Part shown: one piece after another, positions 50,251 through 60,777 of the stretch
Layout: every line of letters begins with the position of its first letter
Position numbering within the stretch: position 1 is the stretch's first letter
From: a bacterium
GTDB taxonomy: Bacteria > SAR324 > NAC60-12
Direction: 5' to 3'
Length of the DNA stretch: 64,000 nt
Assembly (NCBI GenBank): GCA_965233585.1
Contig: CBDDTI010000746.1
Location: 320,001-384,000 of the forward strand
Made by a program: the position numbers and the translations under genes
Notes under the pieces: model-generated
Told to the model about the DNA's origin: nothing
The model's database searches: none
Seen by the model: the letters and a program-made list of their open reading frames with translations, nothing else

Positions 50251-51161
50251 GTGTAATACGGATTTTCACCTGTTGTATGGTCAGTCGCATCAATGATTTC
50301 TTTCACATCAGGAATGTTTTCTTTCAACGTTTTTTCTACTCCCAACTTCAAAGTTTGTGCAGACATACTACACCCATGGCAGCCACCACCAAAAATCAAG
50401 TAAATGTTCCCTTCTTCTGCTTTCAAAAATTCCACATACCCCCCATGCCCTGCAACCATCGGGTTAATCTCTTCTGCTAGTAAACGATTGGTCACCGACT
50501 CTATCGTTTCACCTTCTTTGAGTGGAGGCACTTCCCAAGTTTGATTTGAAGCAATAAGTTCATTGTTGCAAACATCAATCTTGGTTTGTTTGAGGTAAAG
50601 CAATGTTTCATGGGTTGTGCATAAAGACATGCCCTCATGTTCAAGAATCAATTCATGGCTTGCCAAATCTTGCTTGTCTTTCAGAAAGCACTCATAGCTT
50701 GCCCGTTTGGGAGAGATTGGCTGTGCTGCCAAATAAACCCATTGAGACGCATCTGCCTTTTGCACAAACTCCTTAGCTTCAGCTGTGATTTCAAAGGTAG
50801 CTTGCATCAAAAAATCAATCAGGTCATCATAAGACTCAATGAATGCAAAGACATCAAAACCGTTCTCGTAAAGCATTTCTCCTGCCTTTTCTACCTCGCC
50901 ACGACCATTGCCATACAGCAGTAAATCGCCTTGATAGGGCATCTGATAGATAGAGCTTTCAAAATATTCAAAAGGCAGGTTATACGAACCTGACAAATGT
51001 GATTCTTCGTATTCTTCTGGTGAACGGAGGTCAAACACAAAGGGACGTTCTGAGGTTCTTCTTCTTTCAAGAAAATCTTCAAAACTGACGCGATAGTCTC
51101 CAGGGTTGTAAACCTCTTCTTCCGCCTGTGATGATTCTGATAAATTAGTGAAATTAAACAT
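50247..51161 (-). CDS. Rhodanese-like plus NfuA-like Fe-S biogenesis fusion
   Basis: DLRSPEEYEESHLSGS (rhodanese), FEITAEA (A-type-like), INPMVAGHGG..GGCHGC (NifU C-terminal). Confidence 0.8.
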   Translation of the reverse strand: MFNFTNLSESSQAEEEVYNPGDYRVSFEDFLERRRTSERPFVFDLRSPEEYEESHLSGSYNLPFEYFESSIYQMPYQGDLLLYGNGRGEVEKAGEMLYENGFDVFAFIESYDDLIDFLMQATFEITAEAKEFVQKADASQWVYLAAQPISPKRASYECFLKDKQDLASHELILEHEGMSLCTTHETLLYLKQTKIDVCNNELIASNQTWEVPPLKEGETIESVTNRLLAEEINPMVAGHGGYVEFLKAEEGNIYLIFGGGCHGCSMSAQTLKLGVEKTLKENIPDVKEIIDATDHTTGENPYYT

Positions 51162-51246
51162 AAAGCCTCTATAAGTGGAAGGGTTAAAAGTCAAATTGTA
51201 TTCTATGGGAGTTGCTGTAAGTTGACAAGGTGTGAAGGTTTTGACA

Positions 51247-52293
51247 TCAAATTTTGTGATGCTGGACTCTAGCTTTTCTGCTTAAATTGAGCAAAAAAGT
51301 TGCTTGTTCCAAAACCTGTTCAGGGGCAATGCCTGACAAACATTCAAGGTGGCATTTTGGATACATACAAGCATTTTTACAACCCGGGTCATACTCAGCC
51401 GCCTGATGAATTTGTGAGTTTGGAGGATTCCAATTTTTGGCATGAGGTTTTCCAAAGATAGCTAGTGATGGTGTGTTGGCACAAATCGCCAAATGTCTGA
51501 TGCCATTGTCATTGCCAAGATGCAGGTGCGTTTTTTCTAAAATCGCAACAGTTTGCGGAAGCGTTGGAATGTCAAATGCAGGCAAAGGCTGGTAAGTCAT
51601 TGCATTTTTGACTGCATTGATCTGGTCTTCTTCTCCGTATCCGTATAAAAATAAGATTTTTGCATCATAGTTTTTGATGAAATAGTCTGCAAGAGTGGCA
51701 AAGTGTTGAGGATTCCATCTTTTGTAAGGTTGCCTAGAAACAGGAGACATGGAAATCACAAGGTCATCGTGTTGGATTCCCAATGACTCAAATAAAACTC
51801 CTGCATCATGCCTTGCTTGTTCATCAATGAAAAAATCCAAATCTGCTGACCGAGACGTCACGCCTAAAGGTTGCAATAACTCCAGTTTATGCAGCGCAGA
51901 ATAATCACCAAATTTGCCATGTTGAATACTTTCACTATACAAAAAACGACGGCTCACTCGGAAGCCAATCCGACGTTTTGCCCCAGAAAACCACGCAATC
52001 AATGCACTGCTAGAACTTCCTGAAAAATCAATCACTACATCAAATCTTGCTTGCCGAATATTACTGAAAAATAAAATTTTTTTGAGAACATGCTGTTTGC
52101 GAGGATACAACCAAACTTTTTGAACATAAGGACTATGCTGGAAGATTTGGTCGCATGGTTTGTCAGTCAAAAAATGAATTTCTGCATCTGGCAAATGGCA
52201 AGCCAGTTCTCTCAAAGCAGGTGTCGTCATCAGTGTATCACCAATCCGTTTGAGCTGAATGAGCAAGAATTTAGGATTTGTTTTTGGCGTCAA
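51247..52293 (-). CDS. Glycosyltransferase family 9 (heptosyltransferase-like)
   Basis: RIGDTLMTTP, KRW, GNDNGIRHLA. Confidence 0.9.
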   Translation of the reverse strand: MTPKTNPKFLLIQLKRIGDTLMTTPALRELACHLPDAEIHFLTDKPCDQIFQHSPYVQKVWLYPRKQHVLKKILFFSNIRQARFDVVIDFSGSSSSALIAWFSGAKRRIGFRVSRRFLYSESIQHGKFGDYSALHKLELLQPLGVTSRSADLDFFIDEQARHDAGVLFESLGIQHDDLVISMSPVSRQPYKRWNPQHFATLADYFIKNYDAKILFLYGYGEEDQINAVKNAMTYQPLPAFDIPTLPQTVAILEKTHLHLGNDNGIRHLAICANTPSLAIFGKPHAKNWNPPNSQIHQAAEYDPGCKNACMYPKCHLECLSGIAPEQVLEQATFLLNLSRKARVQHHKI

Positions 52294-52585
52294 GAGTCGG
52301 TGCAGAAATCAGTTTTTGTAAACGTTCACGAGATGAAGTAATTTTAGAAATACGGGCACCAACTTTTTCTTGACTGCTGACAAGAGTGGCTTCTGCAAGT
52401 AAGCGGTCATTGATGCGCAGTTTAAAGGGTTGGTCTGTTTTGGTATCAAGCTCAAGGATTGAGCCTTGTGTCATGTCTAACAGATTGCTGATTGGCAAAG
52501 ACACTTCGCCCAGCACAAAACGCACTGTGAGCTTCATCTCTAATAACTGTTTGACAATGTGCTGGTTAGGAGTTTCTTTTTTCAA
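52271..52585 (-). CDS. FliN/FliM C-terminal (SpoA) domain protein
   Basis: LGEVSLPISNLLDMTQGSILELD...INDRLLAEA. Confidence 0.8.
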   Translation of the reverse strand: MKKETPNQHIVKQLLEMKLTVRFVLGEVSLPISNLLDMTQGSILELDTKTDQPFKLRINDRLLAEATLVSSQEKVGARISKITSSRERLQKLISAPTLDAKNKS

Positions 52586-53132
52586 AATGTTCTAAAACTG
52601 TGTAAATCATAGATTGCTGATAAAATGCGACACATTTTTCGTTACATGCAAAGCATAAGCAATAGAGTTTAAGTTGATGTTGTTCATAAATGAGTTTAAC
52701 CTGTGGGTCTCGGCTTAATGCTCGGAAGGACGAAAGTGTTGCCTCCTGATAGACTGATTCCACCAGATTTTTCAAAGATTCTTCAGACTGAAAGTCAATA
52801 GGAAATTCTAACACAAAAGAAAAGGGTTCTTCTTTCTTTTGAATATGAGTGGTTTTTTGAAAAATAGTGCTGTTTGGTATCCAAAGCAGAGTACCAGATT
52901 GAAGTCTGACCCCCAAATGAGTCAATTTTTGCATCTTGATTTCACCTGCTCCTTCTGGCAACTTGAGCCAATCTCCAAGATGGATTTTCAACACATAGCG
53001 AAGGCAAAATGCCGCCATCATTTCTTTGAACAAAGGCATCAGCAAAAAGACTGCAACTAACAACACGACAAGGAAAAAAACTTCTGTTCCGTCTATCGTC
53101 AGTGTGAAAATGTCAGCAAGTTTAGAAGTCAT
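52566..53132 (-). CDS. Divergent MscS-like small mechanosensitive channel domain protein
   Basis: TM segment followed by LGDWLKL..GEI...WIPNS; ATGA overlap with the upstream gene. Confidence 0.6.
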   Translation of the reverse strand: MTSKLADIFTLTIDGTEVFFLVVLLVAVFLLMPLFKEMMAAFCLRYVLKIHLGDWLKLPEGAGEIKMQKLTHLGVRLQSGTLLWIPNSTIFQKTTHIQKKEEPFSFVLEFPIDFQSEESLKNLVESVYQEATLSSFRALSRDPQVKLIYEQHQLKLYCLCFACNEKCVAFYQQSMIYTVLEHFEKRNS

Positions 53133-55945
53133 TGGAGCAATGCAGATTGTTTCAACGATTGATACACAACCTGATAGGATTTGGGGTTGATGGTCAACAT
53201 AGAATCTTTTGTGCAAATCAAAGATTGGTCTGTAAGGTAGTGTATGCAGATTTGCAGATTTTGAATCAACCGACTTTCTTTGAGAGACTTTAAAGACACA
53301 GCACCTTGTGTCAAGATCATACGAAGAATTAAAAGTTCATCTTGTTCTAATTGGCAGAATTGTTGTTGTTCAAACGGCATGAGTACAATTTGCTTATGAC
53401 TTGCCCGACTTTGATGTGTCCAAAGTTGCATGGCTATTGACGGGTTGCCCTGACTCCTTTGCATTAATTCTTTGAAAAAAAGATTTTCTGCCCAACATTG
53501 ACAAAAATGAGGAGCGATTTTGTGCAACAAATAATAAATTCGCTTTTTAGGTGATATAAAGTGAAGTGAGTATCCCACGACATGATGCCTTTGATAAATC
53601 AACTGCTTCAACGTAGATTGATCCATAGGGGCAATCGCTTTGATCTCTGTAAACATTTTTTTAATTTGTGGAATGAGTGAAAAAGACTTCCAAACAAATT
53701 CATGAAAGTGAAAGAGATAAAGATGAATTGTAGGGGTGCAATGCAACTGCTGCAAAAAATCACAAAGTGCGTGGATTTGAACATTGCCCATAAAAGAATG
53801 TTCTGCAAGTTGAAGTGAGACAACCTGCATCTGGTCAGTGTCTAGCCGTTGAAAAAAGTCATCAGCCTGTAACTCACTTTCCCCGGTGAATAATTTGAGA
53901 CGTTCCTCTTGAAAAGTTAACTTCACCTTCAGTAAATGATGATGATGTTTTTGTGTAAAATGTTCTATCAAACTTCTAATTCCAACACCCGGGACACCAA
54001 ACAACACAATCATTTGACGTTGCTTAGATTTTGCACAATTTTTCAAATATTCCAACTCTTCAGTTCTACCAACAAATAGTGAGCTAACCTCCAAAGTATC
54101 AGGGACAAAAACATGTGCATAATAATTGGGAGTAGCATGTGTTTTCGGCATGTCATAAGTCCGCCATGAGATTTTGAACCGACGCCATTTCAGCCAAAAG
54201 GATTTATTAATTCTCCAAAGCCAACGCAAAGACCGATATTGTTTAAAAGGCTTGCTATACTGAAATTGCAATAAAAACCTTCTTAAAAACCCTTGAATGC
54301 TTTGACCCTGCAAGGTGACATTCAAAAAACCAGACCGCATCTCAGGGTCAAAAATCAAATTTCTAAAGTCCACAATCAGCTCATTGATAATGGCTTGCAC
54401 TTGACCTTGAAACTCACGAAACTCTGCATCTAACTCTGCAAGAATCTGCTGCACTTGACTTTCAAACGGAATCAAAATGTGGTGCAAAGTTTGATAAAGC
54501 TCTTCTGAATGAAAACTGTCTGTCTTAGATTTGCTATTTTCCCACTCTTGCAAAGTCGTGTGTACACTCAATTTAAAAAACTGCTCTTGTTGTTCCAGCT
54601 CTCTTAACCATCTGGCAATGGAATCCAACCATCTCTGATGAATGGGAATCATTTTTTCAACTCGCTGTAAAAAAAGCTGTTCTGCAGGGAATCGGAGCGG
54701 AGTTGCAACATCTACCTCTATTTTGCTCTTACTCCATGACCATAGTTTTTGGAAGTGAATGATGTCTGCATGTTCAGGCAAAGATTGAGCAATAAAGTCA
54801 TACTTGCCTGAGATAAGTTTGGGGAAATGATTAGTCCGTGGATTCTCTTTGACCAATCTAAACACCCTTGTCATGCTTGCAACTTCTCTGTAAAAGAACT
54901 GTTCTATTTTGGCAATTTTTTGGGAAGATTCTTGATAAGTCCATTGCTGTTGTTCATCATCTTTGGTTTTTTGGAGCAAATGAGAGGTTGCAGCAAGGGC
55001 TTTTTGTAACACATTTTGAATCCTTTGTTTTTGAGTATCAAAAGTATTGATTTCAAAAAATGCTGTGTTTTTCAAATTCAACTGCATCTGAATACAACGA
55101 AGATACAAATGAAAGCCTTCCAGCATTTTTTCAATGGCATCTTCATAACGATTGAGCTTGAATTGCTCGTTTGCTTGGAGTTGGGGAAGTTTTTTTAATT
55201 TCCAACGAATATGTTGGTACCTTGCCAGATACGAAAAAGAGTGGGCGCAACGATACAACTCATTTTGCAAACCATGATACAAATAAGACAGGTGTGAGCG
55301 ATGAGATTTGATTAAGTTCTCACAAAGTTGGTTCACATCATCAAGAAGTTCTTGACAAATCTCAGTCGTGTTGTCTTTAGGACGGAAGTCAAAAAAACGT
55401 TGCAAGGTTCGCAAAAACACAAAATACATGTCCCCTGCTTCCCGTAGTGTGCCAAGCATTTGATAATGATGCTCAAAGTTAAACCAATACAATGCAATTT
55501 CCCGCAATGGAATCTTGCGACAGCTAGAGTTATTGGTTTCTATGACAATATGAGAGGCAAAAGTGTTGGGAATGTCTTTAAGCGGTGCGAAAAGCTCCAT
55601 GTACATACTCACAGAGTACTGTTGAGAGATGGCAAAAAACTTTCCAAAAATCTCTCCCATGATGCGGTCATTGCCTTGTGTTGTCCATTCTTCAGGTAAC
55701 TCTGAGACAATTTTTTTAAGCGATTGACTGGTCTGTCTCGCCCATTGGTCTGCAGCAGCTGAAGCATCTTCAATGACACGATACGACCTTAAAAAAGGGC
55801 GTGTCAATTTCCCCATGTTCCAATCAGGACGTTCTAACAGCAGTTGATCATGAGACGGAGCATCGTCATCAATCAACTCTGCTAGTAAATTAATCTCTCC
55901 TGTGTAGTTGGCTTGCATTTGTATTAATTCTTCATCTTGACACAA
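53129..55945 (-). CDS. Large helical protein with a C-terminal degenerate P-loop ATPase domain
   Basis: FVGRTEEL, GVPGVGIRS (Walker A Lys replaced), SQGNP. Confidence 0.65.
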   Translation of the reverse strand: MCQDEELIQMQANYTGEINLLAELIDDDAPSHDQLLLERPDWNMGKLTRPFLRSYRVIEDASAAADQWARQTSQSLKKIVSELPEEWTTQGNDRIMGEIFGKFFAISQQYSVSMYMELFAPLKDIPNTFASHIVIETNNSSCRKIPLREIALYWFNFEHHYQMLGTLREAGDMYFVFLRTLQRFFDFRPKDNTTEICQELLDDVNQLCENLIKSHRSHLSYLYHGLQNELYRCAHSFSYLARYQHIRWKLKKLPQLQANEQFKLNRYEDAIEKMLEGFHLYLRCIQMQLNLKNTAFFEINTFDTQKQRIQNVLQKALAATSHLLQKTKDDEQQQWTYQESSQKIAKIEQFFYREVASMTRVFRLVKENPRTNHFPKLISGKYDFIAQSLPEHADIIHFQKLWSWSKSKIEVDVATPLRFPAEQLFLQRVEKMIPIHQRWLDSIARWLRELEQQEQFFKLSVHTTLQEWENSKSKTDSFHSEELYQTLHHILIPFESQVQQILAELDAEFREFQGQVQAIINELIVDFRNLIFDPEMRSGFLNVTLQGQSIQGFLRRFLLQFQYSKPFKQYRSLRWLWRINKSFWLKWRRFKISWRTYDMPKTHATPNYYAHVFVPDTLEVSSLFVGRTEELEYLKNCAKSKQRQMIVLFGVPGVGIRSLIEHFTQKHHHHLLKVKLTFQEERLKLFTGESELQADDFFQRLDTDQMQVVSLQLAEHSFMGNVQIHALCDFLQQLHCTPTIHLYLFHFHEFVWKSFSLIPQIKKMFTEIKAIAPMDQSTLKQLIYQRHHVVGYSLHFISPKKRIYYLLHKIAPHFCQCWAENLFFKELMQRSQGNPSIAMQLWTHQSRASHKQIVLMPFEQQQFCQLEQDELLILRMILTQGAVSLKSLKESRLIQNLQICIHYLTDQSLICTKDSMLTINPKSYQVVYQSLKQSALLQ

Positions 55946-56096
55946 GTAGTCATCATTTTATTTTGTCAGACTCTACCATTCCTGCAAGGTTTATCAAAGG
56001 TTTATCAGCTGAATTGTAGCTAAACCAATATCATTTGATTTGTTATTTTTTTATTATTGCCCTTGCATGATATAGGATTTCTCCGTCAAGTCCTTT

Positions 56097-57306
56097 GTCA
56101 TTGCTTACCTTGACCCGCAATCTCCCTTTTTTCCAAACGACCCCGTCATTGCGGGCTTGACCCGCAATCTGTGCTTTGTTTGGTGATAGATTCCACATCA
56201 AGTGGGGAATGACAAAGAGAGTTTGCAGACTTGTTTTGTCGTCATTGCTGACCTTGCCCCGCAATCTCATTCTTCTTAAAACACAGGACAAACTTGGGTT
56301 TGTCCCTACGTTGTCATTGCGGGCTTGACCCGCAATCTCACCTTTTTCATTGTGTTGACATTCTTTTTTGAGATTCCGCATCAAGTGCGGAATGACTACG
56401 ACCGTCATTCCTGCGAAAGCAGGAATCCATGCGATGTTGACGATGGATTCCGTGTCAGGTACGGAATGACAGAAAAAAGAGGGGAATTGAAACACCCCGT
56501 TCCTGCGTCATTGCTCACCTTGAACTTAGTCATTGCTCATCTTGTCCGCAATCTCATTTTTTCCCGATTTTACCAGAGCGACTCTTTTTTTGAGATTCCG
56601 TGTTCCCCCGTCATTGCGTGCTTGTGTTTCCGTCATTGCTCACCTTGACCCGCAATCTCTCTTGTTTTCTATCCGCGTCATTGCTTAATTTGAAAACCGT
56701 CATTGCGGGCTTGACCCGCAATCTCACCTTTTTCATTGTGTTGACATTCTTTTTTGAGATTCCGCATCAAGTGCGGAATGACTACGACCGTCATTCCTGC
56801 GAAAGCAGGAATCCATGCGATGTTGACGATGGATTCCGTGTCAGGTACGGAATGACAGAAAAAAGAGGGGAATTGAAACACCCCGTTCCTGCGTCATTGC
56901 TCATTTTGAAAACCGTCATTGCTCACCTTGACCCGCAATCTCTCTTGTTTTCTTCGTTCACTTTTTTTAGAAACGACTCGCTTTTTGAAATTCCGCATCA
57001 AGCACTCAAGTGACAGAAAAAAAGAGAGGGAAATTGAAACACCCCGTTCCCCCGTCATTGCTCACCTTGACCCGCAATCTCTCTTGTTTTCTATCCGCGT
57101 CATTGCGGGACTTGACCCGCAATCTCCCTCGTCTTCTTCCAAACAACTCCTTTTTTTGAGATTCCGCATCAAGTGCGGAATGACTGAGAGGTTTTGTAGG
57201 CGTGTCTTTTTGTCATTGCGGGACCTGACCCGCAATCTCTCTTGTTTTCTATCCGCGTCATTGCTTAATTTGAAAACCGTCATTGCGGGACCTGACCCGC
57301 AATCTC
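56097..57306. repeat. ~1.2-kb mosaic array of GTCATT palindromic elements
   Basis: Same unit family as 6936-8041; includes a 205-bp exact duplication (56313-56517 / 56699-56903). Confidence 0.95.
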
Positions 57307-57425
57307 ATTTTTTTTCAAACTACCTTCAAACCCGCATCTTTCCTGACTTCCTGATCTTCCTCTTTTTTACAAAAAATCTTCAAAATTCCTTAAAAAACCA
57401 AAAAAATTTCCTCAAATCCTGAGTC

Positions 57426-57458
57426 TTGACTTGTTTTTTTTTTTTGTACGTGCATAAT
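57426..57458 (+). promoter_or_regulatory. Putative promoter with a T12 tract between -35 and -10
   Basis: TTGACT, T12 at 57434-57445, CATAAT. Confidence 0.5.
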
Positions 57459-57537
57459 GCCCGTTTTGGTTTTTCTCAAAAACTCTTATCTTGAAGAGAA
57501 ATCAATTTTTCATTTCAAGAGGGGAGTTTTTCGTGTC

Positions 57538-57568
57538 ACAGCACCCGCAGGGGTGCTGTTGTTTTGTT
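57538..57568 (+). terminator. Terminator-like hairpin in the 5' leader
   Basis: ACAGCACCC-GCAG-GGGTGCTGT followed by TGTTTTGTT. Confidence 0.55.
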
Positions 57569-57621
57569 GATTTTGTAATTTTTCTTCATCTTGTTCAATT
57601 TTGTTTAATAGGTAGGTTTTT

Positions 57622-60600
57622 ATGCAAAAGCTCATCAATCGTTGTCTTGTTCATTTGGCATCTGTTGTCAAACCTTCTGTTGTCCAGACAGGTGTTTGCC
57701 TGCTGTGCATCACGACTCTCTTTGCTTGCAGTAGTGACGATGGTGGTGCGTCTTCAGGAGCGAACACCCCAGCTGCCATCTCATCAAAGGAAGCAGAAAA
57801 AGAAACAGAAGCACAGGGGGGGCAATGTTTGCAGATTCCCAAAACACAGACGCAAGGCACAGGCAACCTTGCCATCTTCAACTCACTAGATGAAGATGTG
57901 CTGCTGTCGTATTCCAGCAGTCTGAATGCTGATGATGTGATGGCTGTCATTGGTGGCAAGCAAAATGGGGTGAAAGTGGACATTTCAAAACGCATCTCTT
58001 CCACGGTCATGGTGTTTGGATTCAAGATGCCAGCAGTCAAGGACTATCTGAAAGCAGATTGCGATGAGACCAAGATGCCAACAGCTTTTGTGCAAAGTGA
58101 GTTCATTCCAACAGCCGAATCCAGCTTTGTGCTGGAAGCCAGCGAGCTGAAACAAGATTACGGAACATTGCTGGTCAAAAACAATCGTTCTGGATTGGTG
58201 TCTATTTTTCAAGGCAGTTCAAGGAACAAGCAAATCGGAGTGATTCAAGGCAACCAAGCAAACTATCGCATTCAAATCCCCATCGGCTACAAGCAGTTGT
58301 TGTTTTACCTACACAACCCATCAGGAGGCATTGACTTTACAAAACCTGTCTTTTCCAAAAATCTAGTTTTTAACAAAGGAGATGAGAAGTTTGTGTTCAT
58401 TCCCAAAACGACCATCCTCACTGGTGCGAAGATCAAGTTTCTCAATGCCTCTGCTCAAGATGTGATGCTGATGGTGAGAAAGAGCGACCAACCTTTGTCT
58501 AATCTGGAGTGCGGTTGCAAATTCTTTGGCAAGGAATCGGCTAAAGCTGTGATGATTCTGGTGCAAGACAAATATTATGCAGATGATTTCTTCTTTTCTG
58601 TCATCAGTTCAGACACAGGTCAGCCCTTGAAACAAAGTGAAACTTTTCAGTTGAACAAGAACACGAATGTGCAATTTGAATTGAGAGCAGATTTGACTCT
58701 GAAGAAGACAGATTTGGGCAAGGGTCAAGTTGTTGTGCCAAATGAAAAACCCAGCACGCCAAGTGAAGTGAAAACAAGCGAGGTCAAAGCCAGCAGTGTC
58801 AAAGTCAGCTGGTTGCCTTCAGCAGATTCAGATGGTCAAGTGGAAGGTTATGAAGTCTCTTACAAGACAAGTAGCGGGTCATGGACTGGCACACAAACCA
58901 CCACTCAAACCAATTTGATTGTATCAGGACTTCAACCTGAAACCAGCTACACTTTCCGCATTCGTGCCAAAGATGATGAAGATGCTTGGAGTGATTATGC
59001 AGAAAGTGCGAGTGTTAAAACACCAGCCCCTAAAAATCTAGCCCCCAGCAAGCCCAGCACGATTCAAACCAGCAACATCACTGCCTCCAGCATCAAGGTT
59101 TCATGGTCTGCTGCCACCTCTGACGGCAGCATTGCAGGTTATGAAATCTCTTATCAGACAGGTAATGGATTTTGGAAAGGGGCAAGGACGATTACTGGCA
59201 CCACTTACACTTTTTACTCACTGCAGTCTGAAACTAGCTACACTTTCCGTGTTCGTGCCAAAGATGATGAAGATGCTTGGAGTGCTTACAAAGAGAGTTA
59301 CACTGTCAAGACTGCACCTGCCAAACCGTCTTCTCTTGCTGTCTCTGGCAGAACACTCACTTTTGCCACTGCTTCAGGCAAGAGTTATCAATGTAGCAAA
59401 GATGGCGGTACAAATGTCAGTGATTGCAACAGCCCCTTTGCTTTTGGCAACAATGCCATTGCGTCAGGCAAGCTGTGTGTTCGTGTCAAAGCTACTGGTA
59501 ACACTCCTGCATCAGATTGGAGTTGCTACACGCAAGCGATTAATGCTGTCAACCAAGCACCAAGCAAGCCAACTAACTTTACAGCAACAGAAATTAAGAC
59601 TAAAGTTATCAAATTGTCGTGGACAGCTGGCCAAGATTCAGATGGCTCAATCATAGGCTATGAACTCAAATACACCAAGCAAGGACAAGCAAACTACATT
59701 AACCTAAAGCTAGGCAGTGAGACGAATAAAACGCTCACTAATCTTGTTCCCGATACTACTTATGACTTGAAGCTAAGAGCAAAAGATAATAAAAATACCT
59801 TTTCGGATTATACTAGCTTGCAAGTCAAAACGAAGTCAGTAAGAAGCACCAAACCCAAACAAACGGGACAGACTAAAAGCTATGATGCTAGAGGTGCTGA
59901 GGTCAGTGATGGCAGTATTAAAGATGATGGCTACTATAAAAAAGGGGTTGCTCATAACTATTCAAGGGATAATGATATTGTTATCGATAATATTACGGGG
60001 CTGCAATGGCAGGATAATTTGCGTGACGCTGGTCGTAAAAATCAGAATGATGCCTCGATCTATTGCAATAACCTTAGTCTGGGAGGATATAGCGACTGGC
60101 GTCTGCCTCGTAGAAAAGATTTACTCAGTATTATAAGTTACGGTAGGCATCCCGCAGCGGATCCAGTCTTTAAAAATATTAAAAATCGCGGGAATTGGTC
60201 TAGCACTACTGCTTATACAGGTCCATTAAATGAAGAGAATGATTCATGGGTTATTGATTTTGGTGATGGAAGTATCTCTCATAGAAATAAGAGCAGCAAT
60301 AGTTACGATTTTCTCTGCGTGCGTCTTGATATGTCAAGTGTAAGTTATAGTTTTACCAGAAACAACGACATTGTAACAAACACTAAGACTAATCTACAAT
60401 GGCAAGATGATGCAGTTGTTAACAGCAACAAAAAAACTTGGATTGAAGCGATCAACTATTGTGAAAATCTTAATCTAGGTGGATTTAGTGATTGGCGGTT
60501 ACCCAACATTAAAGAGCTAGACACTATCATAGACGGTACTATACGTTATTACTGGAATAACCCCTATTACTACAGTGTTTTTCAATATGGTAGATTAGGA

Positions 60601-60732
60601 TTTTTTTATTCCAGTACTACCACTTACAATTCTAGTGGCAACAGGACTAATACTGCATGGGTTGCTTCAACCAGAGGCAGATACATAAATGGCAAAAAGA
60701 ACATTGGCTATTCTGTGCGTTGTGTCAGGTAG
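57622..60732 (+). CDS. Large surface lipoprotein with three FN3 domains and two DUF1566 (Lcl, C-type-lectin fold) domains
   Basis: Lipobox LFAC; FN3 motifs (VSW..., L.PETSYTFRIRAKD); TGLQWQ / WRLP motifs twice; terminal VRCVR. Confidence 0.9.
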   Translation: MQKLINRCLVHLASVVKPSVVQTGVCLLCITTLFACSSDDGGASSGANTPAAISSKEAEKETEAQGGQCLQIPKTQTQGTGNLAIFNSLDEDVLLSYSSSLNADDVMAVIGGKQNGVKVDISKRISSTVMVFGFKMPAVKDYLKADCDETKMPTAFVQSEFIPTAESSFVLEASELKQDYGTLLVKNNRSGLVSIFQGSSRNKQIGVIQGNQANYRIQIPIGYKQLLFYLHNPSGGIDFTKPVFSKNLVFNKGDEKFVFIPKTTILTGAKIKFLNASAQDVMLMVRKSDQPLSNLECGCKFFGKESAKAVMILVQDKYYADDFFFSVISSDTGQPLKQSETFQLNKNTNVQFELRADLTLKKTDLGKGQVVVPNEKPSTPSEVKTSEVKASSVKVSWLPSADSDGQVEGYEVSYKTSSGSWTGTQTTTQTNLIVSGLQPETSYTFRIRAKDDEDAWSDYAESASVKTPAPKNLAPSKPSTIQTSNITASSIKVSWSAATSDGSIAGYEISYQTGNGFWKGARTITGTTYTFYSLQSETSYTFRVRAKDDEDAWSAYKESYTVKTAPAKPSSLAVSGRTLTFATASGKSYQCSKDGGTNVSDCNSPFAFGNNAIASGKLCVRVKATGNTPASDWSCYTQAINAVNQAPSKPTNFTATEIKTKVIKLSWTAGQDSDGSIIGYELKYTKQGQANYINLKLGSETNKTLTNLVPDTTYDLKLRAKDNKNTFSDYTSLQVKTKSVRSTKPKQTGQTKSYDARGAEVSDGSIKDDGYYKKGVAHNYSRDNDIVIDNITGLQWQDNLRDAGRKNQNDASIYCNNLSLGGYSDWRLPRRKDLLSIISYGRHPAADPVFKNIKNRGNWSSTTAYTGPLNEENDSWVIDFGDGSISHRNKSSNSYDFLCVRLDMSSVSYSFTRNNDIVTNTKTNLQWQDDAVVNSNKKTWIEAINYCENLNLGGFSDWRLPNIKELDTIIDGTIRYYWNNPYYYSVFQYGRLGFFYSSTTTYNSSGNRTNTAWVASTRGRYINGKKNIGYSVRCVR

Positions 60733-60777
60733 GTTGATGTGGAGTTAAAAGGAGTGTTTGGAGTATAATTTTGTCCC

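Noticed and set aside
57481..57570. SAM-I riboswitch (CTCTTATC start), here or upstream of metK
   Set aside because: The conserved core (GAGGGA..GGCCC, GCAACC, GTGC.AA) is not present in the right arrangement.
57826..57832. G7 run in the FN3/DUF1566 gene as a phase switch
   Set aside because: Short, in frame and encodes QGGQ; there is no paralog here to show length variation.
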